Source of the DNA: a bacterium
GTDB taxonomy: Bacteria; Patescibacteriota; Patescibacteriia; HK-STAS-PATE-3
Direction of reading: 5' to 3'
NCBI GenBank assembly: GCA_043800725.1
Contig: JAZDMR010000034.1
Location: 4,374 to 68,373, forward strand
DNA length: 64,000 nt
The notes under the pieces were generated by a model. The model did no database searches. It saw nothing but the letters and a program-made list of their open reading frames with translations, and was not told the origin of the DNA. Below, in pieces: positions 28,473 to 38,386 of this stretch (positions are counted from its first letter, which is position 1; each line of letters begins with the position of its first letter). A program made the translations under genes and the position numbers.

Positions 28473-29429
28473 ATGATACAGGCGATTATCCTACTCATTC
28501 TCGGACTCGGTTTACTCATCGGCGGCGCTGAAGCGCTGGTCCGAGGTTCTGCCTCGCTAGCCCGTCGATGGGGTATTACGCCGCTGGTTATCGGACTGAC
28601 AGTGGTGGCTTTTGGCACCTCTGCTCCAGAAATGATTGTTAACTTGTTTTCGGCCATCAGGGGGTCGGGAGACATTGCCCTGGGCAACATCTTGGGCAGT
28701 AATACAGCCAACATATTGCTGATTTTAGGAATCGCTGCCTTCCTGCGTCCCATGATGGTTAAGCACAGCACTACTTGGAAAGAAATTCCGTTCGCTTTTT
28801 TAGCAGTCGTGCTTCTGTTGGTTCTAGGAAATGATATTTTCTTTGACGGTTTTTCAAGAAACTACATTTCCCGTACTGACGGACTGGTCTTGATAGCCAT
28901 TTTCGCAATATTTATTTATTACTCATTAAGTACTGCCCGAGTTCAAGGCGATCCTGGTGAAAAAATTACGGTATACCATAAATCTAACTCTCTTATCCTT
29001 GTTATTACCGGATTAATCGGTCTATTCATTGGCGGTAAATTACTGGTAGACAACGCTGTTATTCTGGCCACCTTGGCCGGGATATCAGAATCGTTAATTG
29101 GCTTAACTATTATCGCTGTCGGCACTTCTTTGCCTGAATTGGCTACTTCAGTGATTGCTGTTTTACGCGGGCACAATGATATCGCCATCGGTAATGTGGT
29201 TGGCTCGAATATCTTCAACGTATTCTGGGTACTGGGCGGTACGGCCATTATCGCTCCTCTGTCTTACAACTCGGTGATTAATATTGACGTCATAGTGGCT
29301 ATTGCCGCGACTATCCTGCTATTTATAGCAATCTTTGTCGGCAAAAAACATGTTTTGGCCCGCGGTGAAGGTATTGCTTTTATATTGCTTTATCTCATCT
29401 ATATCGGCTACTTAATCGCTCGGGGCTAA
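28473..29429 (+). CDS. Ca2+/Na+ antiporter (YrbG/CaCA family)
   Basis: Two alpha repeats: GTSAPE...GNILGSN and GTSLPE...GNVVGSN. Confidence 0.93.
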   Translation: MIQAIILLILGLGLLIGGAEALVRGSASLARRWGITPLVIGLTVVAFGTSAPEMIVNLFSAIRGSGDIALGNILGSNTANILLILGIAAFLRPMMVKHSTTWKEIPFAFLAVVLLLVLGNDIFFDGFSRNYISRTDGLVLIAIFAIFIYYSLSTARVQGDPGEKITVYHKSNSLILVITGLIGLFIGGKLLVDNAVILATLAGISESLIGLTIIAVGTSLPELATSVIAVLRGHNDIAIGNVVGSNIFNVFWVLGGTAIIAPLSYNSVINIDVIVAIAATILLFIAIFVGKKHVLARGEGIAFILLYLIYIGYLIARG

Positions 29430-29531
29430 ACTATCATCTTTAAGAGTGAGGGATTTTTTAGGATAGATCAAAAGTAACGCCCTTTCCTTAAAAATAATTA
29501 TTTCCCATAAAAACAGTAGCCAGAATAAGGG

Positions 29532-29549
29532 CTGGTTTTCGAAAACCAG
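29532..29549. promoter_or_regulatory. Perfect 18-bp palindrome upstream of recG
   Basis: CTGGTTTTCGAAAACCAG, 21 nt before the GTG start; function unknown. Confidence 0.4.
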
Positions 29550-29570
29550 AGTTATTGGTAGACTGATTGG

Positions 29571-31628
29571 GTGATTCAATTTAATACTCCAGTCCAATCT
29601 CTGGCCCGAGTCGGTCTAAAAATCGCCTCCGCCTTAAACCGTTTGGAAATATTTACAGCGGCTGACTTGCTTAATCATTTTCCGTTTCGTTATGACGATT
29701 TTACGAAAATAGTGCCGATTGCCCGCCTAAAATCTGAAACGGTTGCTACGGTCCAAGGCAAAATAGAGCTAATCGGCAGTCGCCGTAGTTTTCGCAAGCG
29801 AATGGTAGTGACTGAAGCCGCTATCCGAGACGATACTGGTTATCTTAAAATTGTCTGGTTTAATCAGCCATATTTAAAAAAAATCCTCAAGCCCGGAGAC
29901 GATATTATGGTCAGCGGCAAAGTTAGCCTGCAATACGGCAGTCCCCAGATGCTTAGCCCTTCTTACGAAAAAATACAGGCTGAGCAAACTCACGTCGGCC
30001 GGATTGTGCCAGTCTATGGGGTGACTGAAGGTATAACGCCTAAATATTTCCGATCATTGATTAAACAAGTCCTGCCGCTGGCTAATAAAATTAGCGAGCC
30101 CCTGCCTGGGGCAATAATTAAACAAGAAAAATTATTATTCCAAAGCAGAGCAATTTCAGCTATCCATTTCCCTAAAACCAGCCAAGAGCTAGATAAGGCT
30201 CAGTATCGCTTGGCTTTCAACGAGCTCCTGCGCCTGCAATTAGAAAGCCGGCAAACAAAAAATCTCTTAAAAACCAGTCCGGCTAGTCAAATAACTTTTC
30301 AAAAGGAAAAGACTAAAAAATTTGTGGATCAGCTGCCGTTTCAGCTAACCAAAGCCCAGAAAAAATCAGCCTGGGAAATAATAAAAGACTTAGGCAGCCT
30401 CCACCCCATGAATCGCCTACTACAGGGTGATGTTGGCTCTGGAAAGACCGTGGTAGCCGTACTAGCCATGCTTAATGCCCATTGGAATAATTTCCAAGCA
30501 GTCTTTATGGCGCCTACGGAAATATTGGCTGAACAGCATTTTCAAACTATAACTAAGCTGCTTGGCCAGAATATAAACCTTGGCCTGCTTACCGGCTCAC
30601 AATCGAAAACCAGCCAACAGCCTGTTATTTCCAAGCAAGATTTAAAAGACCAACTGAAGCAGGGAAAGTTGCCTATTGTATTCGGCACTCATGCTTTAAT
30701 AGAGCAGGATGTTGAATTCAAATCTCTTGGCCTAGTAATCATTGATGAGCAACATCGCTTCGGGGTAAATCAAAGACAGACCCTAAAAGATAAGAGTTCA
30801 AAGCAAAACCAAGCCATGCCTCATTTCCTGTCTATGACCGCCACGCCCATCCCCCGCACTTTGGCTTTGACCCTCTATAGTGATCTGGATATTTCAACAA
30901 TTGACGAGCTGCCAAAAAACCGCTTGCCTATAATCACTAAACTGGTACCGCCGGATAAGCGCAATGAAACGTACGGGTTTATCCGCAAGCAGATTGATAA
31001 GGGTTTTCAAATCTTTATCATCACGGCTTTAATAGACGAATCTGATTCGCTGGGCATAAAAGCAGCCACCAAAGAGCATGTTCGGCTGTCTGAACAGATT
31101 TTTCCTGACTTAAATATCGGCTTATTGCATGGACGTTTGCCCGGTAAAACCAAAGAACAAATAATGAGGGACTTCGCTGATAATAAATTTAATATCCTAG
31201 TATCTACAGCAGTGGTGGAGGTGGGCGTGGATATTCCTAACGCAACAGTAATGGTAATAGAAGATGCCGAACGTTTTGGTTTGGCGCAGCTGCATCAATT
31301 CCGCGGCCGGGTCGGCCGTAGCAAGGCACAATCGTATTGCTTCCTATTTACCGAATCGACCGGCAAAAATGCCCGGCTGGACACCATGACCAAGATAACC
31401 GACGGCTTCGCAATTGCCGAAGCTGATTTGAAATTACGGGGCCCGGGCGAGCTACGGCGCGGCAAGCAGTCCGGCCTGCCGGATTTTGCCATGAGTTCGT
31501 TGCATGACATTGAGCTAATAAAAAAGACTCGCGATATAGCACGACAGATTCTAGAACAGGACCCGGAACTAACTAATTCCCCTCTCCTAAAACACTCCTT
31601 GTCCGATACTAGCATTCACTGGGAATAG
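29571..31628 (+). CDS. recG: ATP-dependent DNA helicase RecG
   Basis: Wedge OB domain, QGDVGSGKT, DEQHRFG, MTATPIPRTL, LHQFRGRVGR. Confidence 0.97.
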   Translation: MIQFNTPVQSLARVGLKIASALNRLEIFTAADLLNHFPFRYDDFTKIVPIARLKSETVATVQGKIELIGSRRSFRKRMVVTEAAIRDDTGYLKIVWFNQPYLKKILKPGDDIMVSGKVSLQYGSPQMLSPSYEKIQAEQTHVGRIVPVYGVTEGITPKYFRSLIKQVLPLANKISEPLPGAIIKQEKLLFQSRAISAIHFPKTSQELDKAQYRLAFNELLRLQLESRQTKNLLKTSPASQITFQKEKTKKFVDQLPFQLTKAQKKSAWEIIKDLGSLHPMNRLLQGDVGSGKTVVAVLAMLNAHWNNFQAVFMAPTEILAEQHFQTITKLLGQNINLGLLTGSQSKTSQQPVISKQDLKDQLKQGKLPIVFGTHALIEQDVEFKSLGLVIIDEQHRFGVNQRQTLKDKSSKQNQAMPHFLSMTATPIPRTLALTLYSDLDISTIDELPKNRLPIITKLVPPDKRNETYGFIRKQIDKGFQIFIITALIDESDSLGIKAATKEHVRLSEQIFPDLNIGLLHGRLPGKTKEQIMRDFADNKFNILVSTAVVEVGVDIPNATVMVIEDAERFGLAQLHQFRGRVGRSKAQSYCFLFTESTGKNARLDTMTKITDGFAIAEADLKLRGPGELRRGKQSGLPDFAMSSLHDIELIKKTRDIARQILEQDPELTNSPLLKHSLSDTSIHWE

Positions 31629-31711
31629 ATTTAATTCCTAATTATCAGTTACGAAATACTATTTGATTATTGTTTTTTGATATTTGATTATTTTTAATAT
31701 ATACTATTACT

Positions 31712-32305
31712 ATGGATATTAAAAGAGACCTTGAATTCTTGTTTGAAATCGGTATGCTTCGTTTTGTTCCTAGGACTTGGGAGCAGTTTTTACACGAAGA
31801 TGTGCAGAATGTTAGTGAGCATAATTACCGGGTTACATGGATTGCGTTAATAATTGCCAAGCATGAACATGTAGAAAATCACGAAAAAATCATGAGGATG
31901 GCCATGGTTCATGACGTGCCGGAATCCAGAACCGGTGACGTGCATTATATCTCTCGCATCTATACCCAGAGAAATGAACACGGGGCAATTAAAGACCAGC
32001 TTAAAAACACTCAACTGGAAAAAGAGTTTATCGGATTATTTGAGGAATATGAAAAGCGAGAATCAATAGAAGCTAAAATAGTCAAAGACGCCGATATAAT
32101 CGACCAGGAACTTGAGCTCCAAGAACAAAAATATAAAGGCAATAAAATAAAAGACGTTTTTGATGAAAAGCGGCAAGCCATCTTGCCTAACAAGCTGTTT
32201 ACTAAAACTGCTCAACAGTTATGGCAGGAAATTCAAAGTTCCAATCCCCATGACTGGCATATAAAAGGCCGAAATCGTTTTACTGACGGTGACTGGCAGT
32301 CTTAG
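31712..32305 (+). CDS. HD-domain hydrolase (HDDC2/YfbR-like nucleotidase)
   Basis: VSEHNYRV, VHDVPESRTGD, EAKIVKDAD. Confidence 0.85.
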   Translation: MDIKRDLEFLFEIGMLRFVPRTWEQFLHEDVQNVSEHNYRVTWIALIIAKHEHVENHEKIMRMAMVHDVPESRTGDVHYISRIYTQRNEHGAIKDQLKNTQLEKEFIGLFEEYEKRESIEAKIVKDADIIDQELELQEQKYKGNKIKDVFDEKRQAILPNKLFTKTAQQLWQEIQSSNPHDWHIKGRNRFTDGDWQS

Positions 32306-32344
32306 CACTTTCTGAGGATAGATAAATAATTGGTCATAAATAAA

Positions 32345-32615
32345 CCAACCCGACTAAAGTCGGTTAGAAGGTAGCTTGTCCGTCTACTATCACTATAGGG
32401 CGGGAAAACCAGTTAGAACGATATTCTTCAGGGGTACAAAATGCCTTCCCAAGCCACTTCAGTGGCGTAGGGCTTTTTTAACCAACCTGACTACCACTAC
32501 TTAGGGCAGTCATCGCCATATAATTATATCTTTTTTGGGAGGGTGGAGTAACGCTAAATCGGGAGTTCCCGCCTTCCTTAAATTTGAAAAACTATGTGAC
32601 TGGAAAGCCGGTTAG
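32345..32615. ncRNA. Candidate structured non-coding element between convergent genes
   Basis: Nested stems GGCGGGAA/TTCCCGCC (32399/32573) and CCTTCCCAA/TTGGGAGGG (32444/32543), plus hairpins GCCACTTCAGTGGC and CCGACTAAAGTCGG; no ORF; family not recognised. Confidence 0.35.
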
Positions 32616-32657
32616 AATACCTAATCCTAACCATCAATAAAAATTAGTAACTCGTAA

Positions 32658-34001
32658 TTAGTAATTAATTATTATTTTCAAGGCTTCGCGAACTGTTTTT
32701 ACTTTTACTAAATTAATCTTACCTGCTTTCACTTGGCTGTTATGGCTCAATACAACGCGATTAAATCCCAGCTTCGTAAGTTCGACAATTCGCTTATCAA
32801 TATTTGAAACGCTTCTTAACTCGCCGCCCAAGCCCACCTCGCTAATCATGGCAGTTTTCGGATCCACTGACTTGTCTTTCAGGGCAGACGCAATTGCCGT
32901 GGCAACGGCCAAATCAGCAGCCGGTTCTTTGACTGATAGCCCCCCCACTACATTTAAATAAACATCTTGGGCTCCCAGCTTTAAACCAACACGTCGGCTT
33001 AGAACTGCCATAATCAATTGCAGCCTTTGAGCGTCTACTCCCATGGCGGTCCGCCGAGGCATACCGAAAACAGTGGGATTTACCAAGGCTTGCAGTTCAA
33101 CCAGCCAGGCCCTGCTCCCCTCAACTGTGGCAGTCACCACCGTACCGCTGCCTGGCTGGCGTTCTGATAAAAACATTTCCGAAGGATTGGGCACTTCCAC
33201 TAGACCGGTTTTATTCATGGAAAAAATACCAATCTCGTTGGTCGAGCCAAAGCGATTCTTAGCCGAGCGCAGCAATCGATACTGATGCTTATTATCTCCT
33301 TCTAAATACAAAACCGTATCAACCAAGTGTTCCAATGTTTTGGGGCCCGCTACGCTGCCTTCTTTTGTTACATGACCGATAATCAATACTGCACAGGTTT
33401 GCTTTTTGGCGAATTGAAGCAGCTGATTCGTCACTGTCCTTACTTGGGCTATGGTCCCCGCCTCAGACGGCAATAATGATGAGGTCATGGTTTGGATTGA
33501 GTCAACAATCAAGAAATCCGGCTTATTTGATTCAGCTGCGGCAATAATACTCTCGACTTCTGTCTCCCCCAAAAAGTCCATCATTTCGCCGGACAGTTTC
33601 AAACGATCTAAGCGAAGCTTTATCTGCTCTCCTGATTCTTCGCCCGAGACGTAAAGCGTTTTCTTTTTTTGCTCAGCCAGGCCGCTGGCAATTTGTACCA
33701 CCAAAGTCGACTTGCCAATACCCGGAGCGCCGCCCAATAAGCTAAGCGAACCAGGCACTATGCCTCCGCCCAATACGTGATCAAGTTCATTGATGCCGGT
33801 CACCAAGCGTGCCACGCCTTTTCCCTGAATTTCAGTAAACGAAGTGACATTGGGAGCTTTAACTTTTTCTAAGTTATTTTTCGTCTGGGATATTTGCGGC
33901 TCCAAAGTGCCCCAGGCCGAACACTCTGGACAGCGCCCTTGCCAGACAGGAAACTGATTATCGCATTTTGAGCACAGGAAGATGGTCTTACTTTTTGGCA
34001 T
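32658..34001 (-). CDS. radA: DNA repair protein RadA/Sms
   Basis: CSKC...CPEC zinc finger, GAPGIGKS, KNRFG, Lon-like C-domain. Confidence 0.97.
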   Translation of the reverse strand: MPKSKTIFLCSKCDNQFPVWQGRCPECSAWGTLEPQISQTKNNLEKVKAPNVTSFTEIQGKGVARLVTGINELDHVLGGGIVPGSLSLLGGAPGIGKSTLVVQIASGLAEQKKKTLYVSGEESGEQIKLRLDRLKLSGEMMDFLGETEVESIIAAAESNKPDFLIVDSIQTMTSSLLPSEAGTIAQVRTVTNQLLQFAKKQTCAVLIIGHVTKEGSVAGPKTLEHLVDTVLYLEGDNKHQYRLLRSAKNRFGSTNEIGIFSMNKTGLVEVPNPSEMFLSERQPGSGTVVTATVEGSRAWLVELQALVNPTVFGMPRRTAMGVDAQRLQLIMAVLSRRVGLKLGAQDVYLNVVGGLSVKEPAADLAVATAIASALKDKSVDPKTAMISEVGLGGELRSVSNIDKRIVELTKLGFNRVVLSHNSQVKAGKINLVKVKTVREALKIIINY

Positions 34002-34095
34002 GATAGCAAATAAACAATTCTATTATAATTTCAAACAAATATAAAATTACTAGCGTATAATAAATACAAATAATTCATAATCAGTAATTTAATAA

Positions 34096-35292
34096 TTATT
34101 CATTACTCCAGCCCCAACTCTGAGCTCTCTGATACATAGCTTCTACGGTAGGCACGTAAACGCGAGTCTCAGCATAACCGGGATTTTCCGAGCATTCCCA
34201 CCAGGTTAAGCCTTTGACATCACCACTTGGCGGACAAGAAATGGAGGAGCAATTGGCTGATAGACCGCCATTATAGGCGGCGATCATATAATGCCAGTTA
34301 TTAGTACAATTAGTATATTCCGGCTTACATTGAACGGTCTGACCGCTCTTATACGTAGCACGATCAGGACAAGCATTGCTTTTTAATTTTTTTAATAATG
34401 CTACGCCAGCCCTGATATTCTGCTCAGCAGTGGCTTCTCCTTTCAGGCAATTTCCGCCTGAGTTATACGGCATCACTTGCATTAGCCCGCAAGCTCCGGC
34501 TGGGGAAACCGCGTCTGGATTGCCTCGCGATTCAATCATCATTACAGCTTTGACATAAAAACCATCCAAATCGTTGGCCGCCGATATTTCTTTTATCAGG
34601 CTGTCCCATTTAGTTACATTCTGAATCGTGGAAACATCTCCGCCTTGAGGAAACGGGCTGGCCGGCGAGCCCTTTTCACTAGTCATCATATTTTCATCTA
34701 AAATAATAGCCGGCACTTGAAAAATCGATAAATCACGAAAGCTAACCAAGGAAGGATTAATCGTCCTTAAAATTACAAAAGAGCCCAAGGTCAAAAGTAA
34801 TCCGATCACGGCGCCATTCATGGTTGACTTGGCATTGGTAATTTTTGATGCGTCGCCCGCCGCGGTAATCCATTGTATGCCGGCGTATATTGTCATAACC
34901 GCGGCTAAAATCCCCACCACCCAGACAAAATAGACATAAAAAGATCTGATGTACCTACTGAGCAAGCTGCCATCAACCAGCTGCTTCCCTTCAAATACCC
35001 CGGGAATAGGCGCATTGGGCGTAAAATAAATCTCATCAGAAGTTTCCACTAGTATATCAATATCAGGCATGTCCCCAGGGCAGTCTGAGTCCAGTCCAGA
35101 CCATTGATATCCGCCCATTACTTCCTGGCAGCTGCTACCAGGATTGATATTTACACGGCTACACATTTCTTGTCCAAAAAATACATTACAGCAACACGTC
35201 TCATAGGCCTGTGCTGGACTGGGAATAAACAGCATCCAGGTAAGAAAAATCCCGAGTACCAAGAATAGACTAATTTTTAAAGTTAGGTTCAT
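34096..35292 (-). CDS. VirB2/TrbC-like pilin fused to a soluble lytic transglycosylase (SLT) domain
   Basis: Pilin hairpin ILAAVMTIYAGIQWITAAGDASKITNAKSTMNGAVIGL; SLT motifs IESRGNPDAVSPAGACGLMQ, AAYNGG, ETRVYV. Confidence 0.88.
   Translation of the reverse strand: MNLTLKISLFLVLGIFLTWMLFIPSPAQAYETCCCNVFFGQEMCSRVNINPGSSCQEVMGGYQWSGLDSDCPGDMPDIDILVETSDEIYFTPNAPIPGVFEGKQLVDGSLLSRYIRSFYVYFVWVVGILAAVMTIYAGIQWITAAGDASKITNAKSTMNGAVIGLLLTLGSFVILRTINPSLVSFRDLSIFQVPAIILDENMMTSEKGSPASPFPQGGDVSTIQNVTKWDSLIKEISAANDLDGFYVKAVMMIESRGNPDAVSPAGACGLMQVMPYNSGGNCLKGEATAEQNIRAGVALLKKLKSNACPDRATYKSGQTVQCKPEYTNCTNNWHYMIAAYNGGLSANCSSISCPPSGDVKGLTWWECSENPGYAETRVYVPTVEAMYQRAQSWGWSNE
34814..34942. repeat. 129-bp near-identical repeat (second copy 37967-38095) encoding the pilin core
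   Basis: Six mismatches by manual alignment; similarity drops sharply outside the block. Confidence 0.92.
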
Positions 35293-35927
35293 GTTGACAA
35301 GAGTCCAGCAATTAGATTATCCATGAATTCAAAAGTCGGCGCTTCTTTGATAAGAAACCGGTCAATAAAAATGGTAGGCGTGGTATTTATCCCAAAGGCC
35401 AGCCCGCTCTGAACGCTTGACTCAACCAAATTCCTGGACACTAAACCACCCTGGCAATTAGTAAATTCTTCCACGTCCAAATTCAAATCTGCGGCAATAC
35501 GAGTATATGTTTCCGGCCCTAAACTTTCTTGATTTTGGTACAATGCATCATGGTATTCCCAGAAAGAATATTGTTGCTGGGCGCAGCGAGCCGCCACGGC
35601 AGCCTCTTTCGCTTTTGCGCGAATGCTCTCAACGGGAAAATCTTTCCAGACCAATCTGATTTGTGAACCGTATTTTACAGATAATAACTGATACACTTCA
35701 TGCCACTGTTTGCAGAATTCGCATTGAAAATCGCTGTATTCTATTATTGTCACAGCAGCCTTTTCCGAGCCGCGAACGGGATCAGTCAATTCTATTTCAG
35801 GCAACTTGCTTGATAGATTCGGCGAGCTAGGTATTCTAATCGCCCACCAGGTAAAGCCAGCCAATACCAAAATACTGGCGATATAAAGCCAAGTAACAGA
35901 TTTATTTGATTTGGTTTCTTGGTTCAT
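35289..35927 (-). CDS. Membrane-anchored DsbA-family thiol-disulfide oxidoreductase
   Basis: EYSDFQCEFC, FWEYHDALY, GINTTPT. Confidence 0.92.
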   Translation of the reverse strand: MNQETKSNKSVTWLYIASILVLAGFTWWAIRIPSSPNLSSKLPEIELTDPVRGSEKAAVTIIEYSDFQCEFCKQWHEVYQLLSVKYGSQIRLVWKDFPVESIRAKAKEAAVAARCAQQQYSFWEYHDALYQNQESLGPETYTRIAADLNLDVEEFTNCQGGLVSRNLVESSVQSGLAFGINTTPTIFIDRFLIKEAPTFEFMDNLIAGLLST

Positions 35928-37177
35928 TATTTAAGCTTTATGGTTCTGATTAAGCCCTGGCCATCGCTAAAATACAGCTGATCGCCCTGGGCCGATAAAA
36001 ACACCTTATCAACCGAATATTGCGCCGTACCGCTTGTATCAGTCGGCTGAGCCAGTAATTGCTTGCTGCCCGAGGCAATATCAATCTGGTAGAATTCATA
36101 CGGCAGTGAATCGCTCAACTCAGGATATAACCCGCTGCCTCGAGGCAGGCCGATCGGCACGGCACAATAAACAGTGTTTGTATTTGAGCCAAAAGAGCAT
36201 TTATCAGGCCAAGTATTTACTCCCAAGTGTTGATTGTTTCGCCCGAGACTGTTGCCCTGTGACTGCACGATATAAAGCTCCGGATTATAAGAGGTAGCGG
36301 AGTTATAGACGCTGTAAAGAAGCCTGGCTCCACTCTGGTCATACATACCCTCAAAGCCCCGGCCATTTGTTTCAATAGATTTGAAGTTTTCACCCTGAAG
36401 GCCCAGCGGGATGATTTCCTGCCTTTCCGCGTTAATGGATTGCTGGTATGTTGCCACAATCTGAGAATTTGGCGACCAGTTGACAGTCACCTGACTGGCC
36501 TTTTCTCCCAGCGGCTCGATAACCTGCGCTTCGGAACCATCAGAATTAATAATCGCCAGCCAGTTATCTCCGGGAGTAGGGCCGATAAACTTTGCCGCCA
36601 GCTTGGTCGAATCAGGCGAAAAAGAAAATTCCTCCAGCTCTGTGGGCAGGGTTGCCTGCTTTTTGGTACGGAAATCATAGGTAATATTGGCGCCGTCTTG
36701 AAAGCCCAGAACTGCCACATCCTTGTTGGGAGCCCAGGTGACATCTTCAACCCCTTTAAAAATCTGGTCCGTCATGATAGTTCTTTGGGCGCCGGTTCGA
36801 TCCAGCTTATAAAACTTGCCTGTCAGAGGATCATAATACTGCATATCCACGCCGTTGCCTGCCAAGCTCAAGAATTTGGATTGGGTGTCCACTACTGCCG
36901 GAGCAATCGTTTTTCCCCCGTTAGCCACATCGGTGGGAGCCGGCAAACTGATATTGGTAAGCTGGACTGCCTGGCCTGTATTGGCATTTGTATCAACTGT
37001 GCGATTAATGTCACCGTTGACATTTGGCAACTGTCCGTTTGACAGTTCATTGCTGTTTTCATCCTCAGTCGGCGCCGGCGCAATAAAAGCCATATACAAA
37101 AGTAGGCCGATAATAAATACGGCGATTAAAAAGGCAGCTATGTAAATAATTTTTCTCCAGGGTATTGATTCGAACAT
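35927..37177 (-). CDS. Membrane-anchored TolB-like beta-propeller protein
   Basis: TM helix, Asn-rich linker, WAPN/FSPD/WSPN blades, PDKC...VYCAVP. Confidence 0.75.
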   Translation of the reverse strand: MFESIPWRKIIYIAAFLIAVFIIGLLLYMAFIAPAPTEDENSNELSNGQLPNVNGDINRTVDTNANTGQAVQLTNISLPAPTDVANGGKTIAPAVVDTQSKFLSLAGNGVDMQYYDPLTGKFYKLDRTGAQRTIMTDQIFKGVEDVTWAPNKDVAVLGFQDGANITYDFRTKKQATLPTELEEFSFSPDSTKLAAKFIGPTPGDNWLAIINSDGSEAQVIEPLGEKASQVTVNWSPNSQIVATYQQSINAERQEIIPLGLQGENFKSIETNGRGFEGMYDQSGARLLYSVYNSATSYNPELYIVQSQGNSLGRNNQHLGVNTWPDKCSFGSNTNTVYCAVPIGLPRGSGLYPELSDSLPYEFYQIDIASGSKQLLAQPTDTSGTAQYSVDKVFLSAQGDQLYFSDGQGLIRTIKLK

Positions 37178-37233
37178 GAGTCTAGTTTTTTAGTAGTAAT
37201 TAATACAAATTCGAAATTGCGATAATAAAATCA

Positions 37234-38367
37234 CTAAGAGCACGGCATACCACATCTATTCCATATTTTTTGGAAATCAAAGTTAAACTCTTTTGTAGCC
37301 GGACCGCCGGGAGTAATAGGTATTTCAAAAATAAAGCAGTTTGATTCATTTTCTGGATCAGCTTGCTTACAGAGAGTGTGGAAGTAGGGGGTCCCAGATT
37401 CAAAATAAACATCCAGCCAAAACTGAGTCAGTGGTACTGGGTCTTGACTTTCTGATTTCAGAATAAAGCTTTTATTTAATTCAAAATTTTCCTCACCTTC
37501 CAATGTTCCGACCTTATGTTTATCATTATCACAATCCGGACAAGTGCGCCAAAGTTCAATTCTATTTAGTTTTTTTCCGTCAACCACGCTGACAACTTTC
37601 CCTCTGATTTCTATGAAGTTATCATAATAGCCGCACTGATAGCCACCTCCGGTACATGAGTCATACGGATCATGTTCTCCTTTACAGGGTAAGCAGGATT
37701 GAGTATTATAGGGGCAAGACTGGCTCAGGCAGAACAGGTCACCTTTTTCTTTCTTAGAATCTTCATAATGATAAACATCTCCGCAATAAACCTCTGCACC
37801 GGTCGCATATTTTTGGTAATCTATCCCATCTAGGGTCCGACAGAAATCACCAGCAAATTTTGGTTTTACTCCGATAACGGACGGCACTCTTAATTTCACT
37901 AAATCAGGGTTTATCGCGGCTAACAGCACATACGAGGTAAGAACGAGTATTAGGCCTATGACTGCTCCGTTCATGGTTGACTTGGCATTGGTAATTTTTG
38001 ATGCGTCGCCCGCCGCGGTAAGCCACTGTATGCCGGCGTACATTGTCATAACCGCGGCTAAAATCCCCACCACCCAGACAAAATATACGTAAAAACCCTT
38101 GATATAAGTTGATATTGCCGCGCTGCCGTCTCCGCCAATAAAATTGTGAGTTTGTATCCCGCCCGTGGTTTTGATACACTTAAGCGTTTCAGTAACGCCT
38201 GGCAAGGGAATATTCAAATGCACCTTGCCTGTGACTTGGCTGATAAAATTTGCGTCATCACATCTAAGCAAGACTCCTTCTTGGGCATAAGTTAATACGG
38301 GCATCAGGGCAAATAAAAAACCTGCCCCCATAATGCAAATTATAATTTTTTTTGTTTTGCTCGGCAT
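37234..38367 (-). CDS. VirB2/TrbC-like pilin with a Cys-rich C-terminal domain
   Basis: Same pilin core as 34096-35292, followed by INPDL and an unrelated Cys-rich domain. Confidence 0.82.
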   Translation of the reverse strand: MPSKTKKIIICIMGAGFLFALMPVLTYAQEGVLLRCDDANFISQVTGKVHLNIPLPGVTETLKCIKTTGGIQTHNFIGGDGSAAISTYIKGFYVYFVWVVGILAAVMTMYAGIQWLTAAGDASKITNAKSTMNGAVIGLILVLTSYVLLAAINPDLVKLRVPSVIGVKPKFAGDFCRTLDGIDYQKYATGAEVYCGDVYHYEDSKKEKGDLFCLSQSCPYNTQSCLPCKGEHDPYDSCTGGGYQCGYYDNFIEIRGKVVSVVDGKKLNRIELWRTCPDCDNDKHKVGTLEGEENFELNKSFILKSESQDPVPLTQFWLDVYFESGTPYFHTLCKQADPENESNCFIFEIPITPGGPATKEFNFDFQKIWNRCGMPCS

Positions 38368-38386
38368 TCGGTGTTTGAGTAGTTTT

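Noticed and set aside
31661-31692. ATTTGATTATT direct repeat upstream of the HD gene
   Set aside because: Short and low-complexity in AT-rich DNA; cannot be distinguished from chance
32345-32615. SRP RNA, RNase P RNA or tmRNA
   Set aside because: Their signature motifs were not found on either strand
34814-38095. DGR template/variable repeat pair or shufflon
   Set aside because: No reverse transcriptase or invertase is in the window, both copies are coding, the repeats are direct, and mismatches are not confined to adenines of one copy
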